A stretch of 64,000 nt of DNA from Lachnoclostridium sp. UBA6558 (lineage in GTDB: Bacteria > Bacillota > Clostridia > Lachnospirales > Lachnospiraceae), in assembly GCA_002434335.1 (NCBI GenBank), contig DJJW01000077.1, positions 19,873-83,872 on the forward strand, given 5' to 3'. A program made the translations under genes and the position numbers. Numbering within the stretch: position 1 is the first letter of the stretch; each line of letters opens with the position of its first letter. The notes beneath the pieces were generated by a model, which was not told the origin of the DNA, made no database searches, and saw only the letters and a program-made list of their open reading frames with translations. Below, one piece after another: positions 62,079-64,000 of this stretch.

Positions 62079-63590
62079 ATGTTAACAGAACAGGAAATTA
62101 TAAGAAGAGAAAAGTTAAGCCAGATAAGGGAAACACTAAATCCCTACCCGGAGAGATTTCCGCTTTCCCATTCCTTAAAGGAAGCGGGAAATCTAAGTGA
62201 TGGTACCCCAGAAGTTAGTGTAGCAGGCAGGCTGCTGTCCATTAGACGTATGGGAAAGCTTACCTTTGGAGTATTAGGAGATGTTGAAGGCAGAGTGCAG
62301 ATTGCTCTTAAGAAGGATGTACTGGGGGAAGAGGTCTATCAATTTGTGAAGAGGCAGCTGGATCTTGGTGATTTTGTAGGAGTAACCGGTGAGATATTTA
62401 CTACCCAGGCAGGTGAGAAGACAGTAAGGGCAGACAAGTTCATTTTTCTGGGGAAGGCGCTTAAGCCGCTGCCGGAAAAGTTTCATGGATTAAATGACAA
62501 GGACAGCTGTTACCGCAAGAGATATCTGGATCTTATCATGAACCAGAAAACCAGGGACAGATTCCTGTTAAAGAGCAGCTTTGTAAAGGCAGTCAGAAGA
62601 TTTCTGGAAGATGAGGCTTATATTGAAATTGAAACGCCGGTACTTATCAACAAGCCTTCCGGAGCGCTTGCAAAGCCCTTTGTTTCTCATCATAATGCCT
62701 TGGATATGGAGGTATATCTTCGTATTGCACCGGAAACTTATCTAAAGAGAGCTGTAGTTGGCGGCTTTAATAAAGTATTTGAATTTGCCAGATGTTTTCG
62801 CAATGAAGGTATTGACCCAACGCATCTGCAGGATTTTACCATGCTGGAATGCTATCTGGCATATGCCAACTATAAGGACAATATGAAGTTTACTCAAAGG
62901 CTCCTTGCACAGGCTGTTTATGAAGTATTTGGCAGTAAAACGATAGAAGTAAACGGGCGGACACTCTGCTTTGAGGGAGAGTGGCCGGTAGTTACCTTTA
63001 AGGAGCTAATAGAGAGGGACTGTGGTATTGATATCAATAAATTCCAGAGTGCAGAAGAATTACTGAAGGAGATTGTGAGGCAGAATATCAAACTGGAAAC
63101 CTCAGCGGAGCTGCAAACCCTTGGAAGGGGAAATCTGATTGACCAGCTGTATAAGAAGGTGAGCAGACCAAAGCTTACAGGCCCGGTATTTCTGGTGGAA
63201 CACCCCATCGATCTTTCACCGCTGGCAAGAGCAAAGGATGATAATGCAGAGATTACCGACCGTTTTCAGCTTATTATTAACGGTGCAGAGGTAATTAACG
63301 GCTACTCCGAGCTGGTAGATCCAATTGAGCAGCACAATCGTTTGCTGGAGCAGGCAGCTTCCCATGGTAAAGGGGATGAAGAGGCCATGGTCATGGATAA
63401 AGATTATATTACTGCCATGGAGTATGGTATGCCGCCTATTTCTGGCTGGGGTATGGGCATTGACCGTATTCTTCAGGTATTAACAGGAGAAGAAAATCTG
63501 AAGGATCTGATTCTGTTTCCACTTATGAGGCCTGTTGAGGAAGAAGGAGAACAGGTAGAAACTGAAGGGGATTTCATTGAAAAGTTTTAA
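62079..63590 (+). CDS. lysS: Lysyl-tRNA synthetase, class II
   Basis: YRKRYLDL, YLRIAPE, FRNEG, EYGMPP..GWGMGIDR; AAGGAG RBS before ATG 62079. Confidence 0.97.
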   Translation: MLTEQEIIRREKLSQIRETLNPYPERFPLSHSLKEAGNLSDGTPEVSVAGRLLSIRRMGKLTFGVLGDVEGRVQIALKKDVLGEEVYQFVKRQLDLGDFVGVTGEIFTTQAGEKTVRADKFIFLGKALKPLPEKFHGLNDKDSCYRKRYLDLIMNQKTRDRFLLKSSFVKAVRRFLEDEAYIEIETPVLINKPSGALAKPFVSHHNALDMEVYLRIAPETYLKRAVVGGFNKVFEFARCFRNEGIDPTHLQDFTMLECYLAYANYKDNMKFTQRLLAQAVYEVFGSKTIEVNGRTLCFEGEWPVVTFKELIERDCGIDINKFQSAEELLKEIVRQNIKLETSAELQTLGRGNLIDQLYKKVSRPKLTGPVFLVEHPIDLSPLARAKDDNAEITDRFQLIINGAEVINGYSELVDPIEQHNRLLEQAASHGKGDEEAMVMDKDYITAMEYGMPPISGWGMGIDRILQVLTGEENLKDLILFPLMRPVEEEGEQVETEGDFIEKF

Positions 63591-63618
63591 GCAAATATAA
63601 ATAAATCATGGAAAGGAA

Positions 63619-63646
63619 TTGACATTTTCAGGGAAATGATTATAAT
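63619..63646 (+). promoter_or_regulatory. SigA promoter for a leader/gene running off the window
   Basis: TTGACA-16-TATAAT. Confidence 0.65.
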
Positions 63647-64000
63647 GACAAAAAAGTATTTATATAAGTTGAGGTATTAATTTTAAACTTTGAAACAAGA
63701 ATCTGAATTAAATGGAATTTTGGTTTCTTAGAAGTTAAATACCAAATTTATGTTATGACCGTCTGGTAACTAACTGTCATTGACAGATGACATGTTTATG
63801 AAGGGATTACGGGTAAAGCTTAATAAGCAGAAAGAAGGACACAATGGCACAAGCAAATATGACAACATCAAAAGTCGTGTATTTTATGAACTGGGGTTAC
63901 TCTGTTAACGCCGGTTATACTAATGTGCCATCCCCTCGTATATCTTATAATACAGATACCGGTCCAGGTCATGAGGAACTTTTTATTTTCTGAAACAGAC

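Noticed and set aside
1..64000. tRNA or rRNA genes
   Set aside because: No cloverleaf/T-loop or rRNA signature recognised in the intergenic regions

Overview
Chromosomal window from a low-GC clostridial Firmicute, most likely Lachnospiraceae. This is inferred from the long insertion-bearing L17, the T-boxes and the Gram-positive SOS boxes. 1-11 kb is core: end of map, a KOW protein, infA, rpmJ, rpsM-rpsK-rpsD-rpoA-rplQ, signal peptidase I, ecfA1-ecfA2-ecfT-truA and rplM-rpsI. A ~4.2 kb decayed integrative element sits at the 3' end of rpsI, bounded by a degenerate direct repeat of the rpsI end. It holds a broken tyrosine integrase, phage-like remnants, an apparently intact unannotated type I toxin-antitoxin module, and a Thr T-box in front of a truncated thrS plus a 2H phosphoesterase. 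The rest is an accessory patchwork: prs, an orphan gap, AraC/LytTR/HxlR/GntR regulators, GNATs, and an Lsa-like ABC-F with a complex leader. It also carries an SOS-boxed Y-family polymerase, a GmtX-like remnant, an LnrJK/LMN-like ABC exporter with a two-component system, Val-T-box ilvBN and Lys-T-box lysS. The most notable candidate for an undescribed system is a FadR-boxed operon in which the nickel chaperones hypB and hypA flank a ~910-aa Cys-rich Fe-S flavoprotein, with no hydrogenase, urease or CODH gene in the window. All calls come from reading the sequence; no database searches were run.
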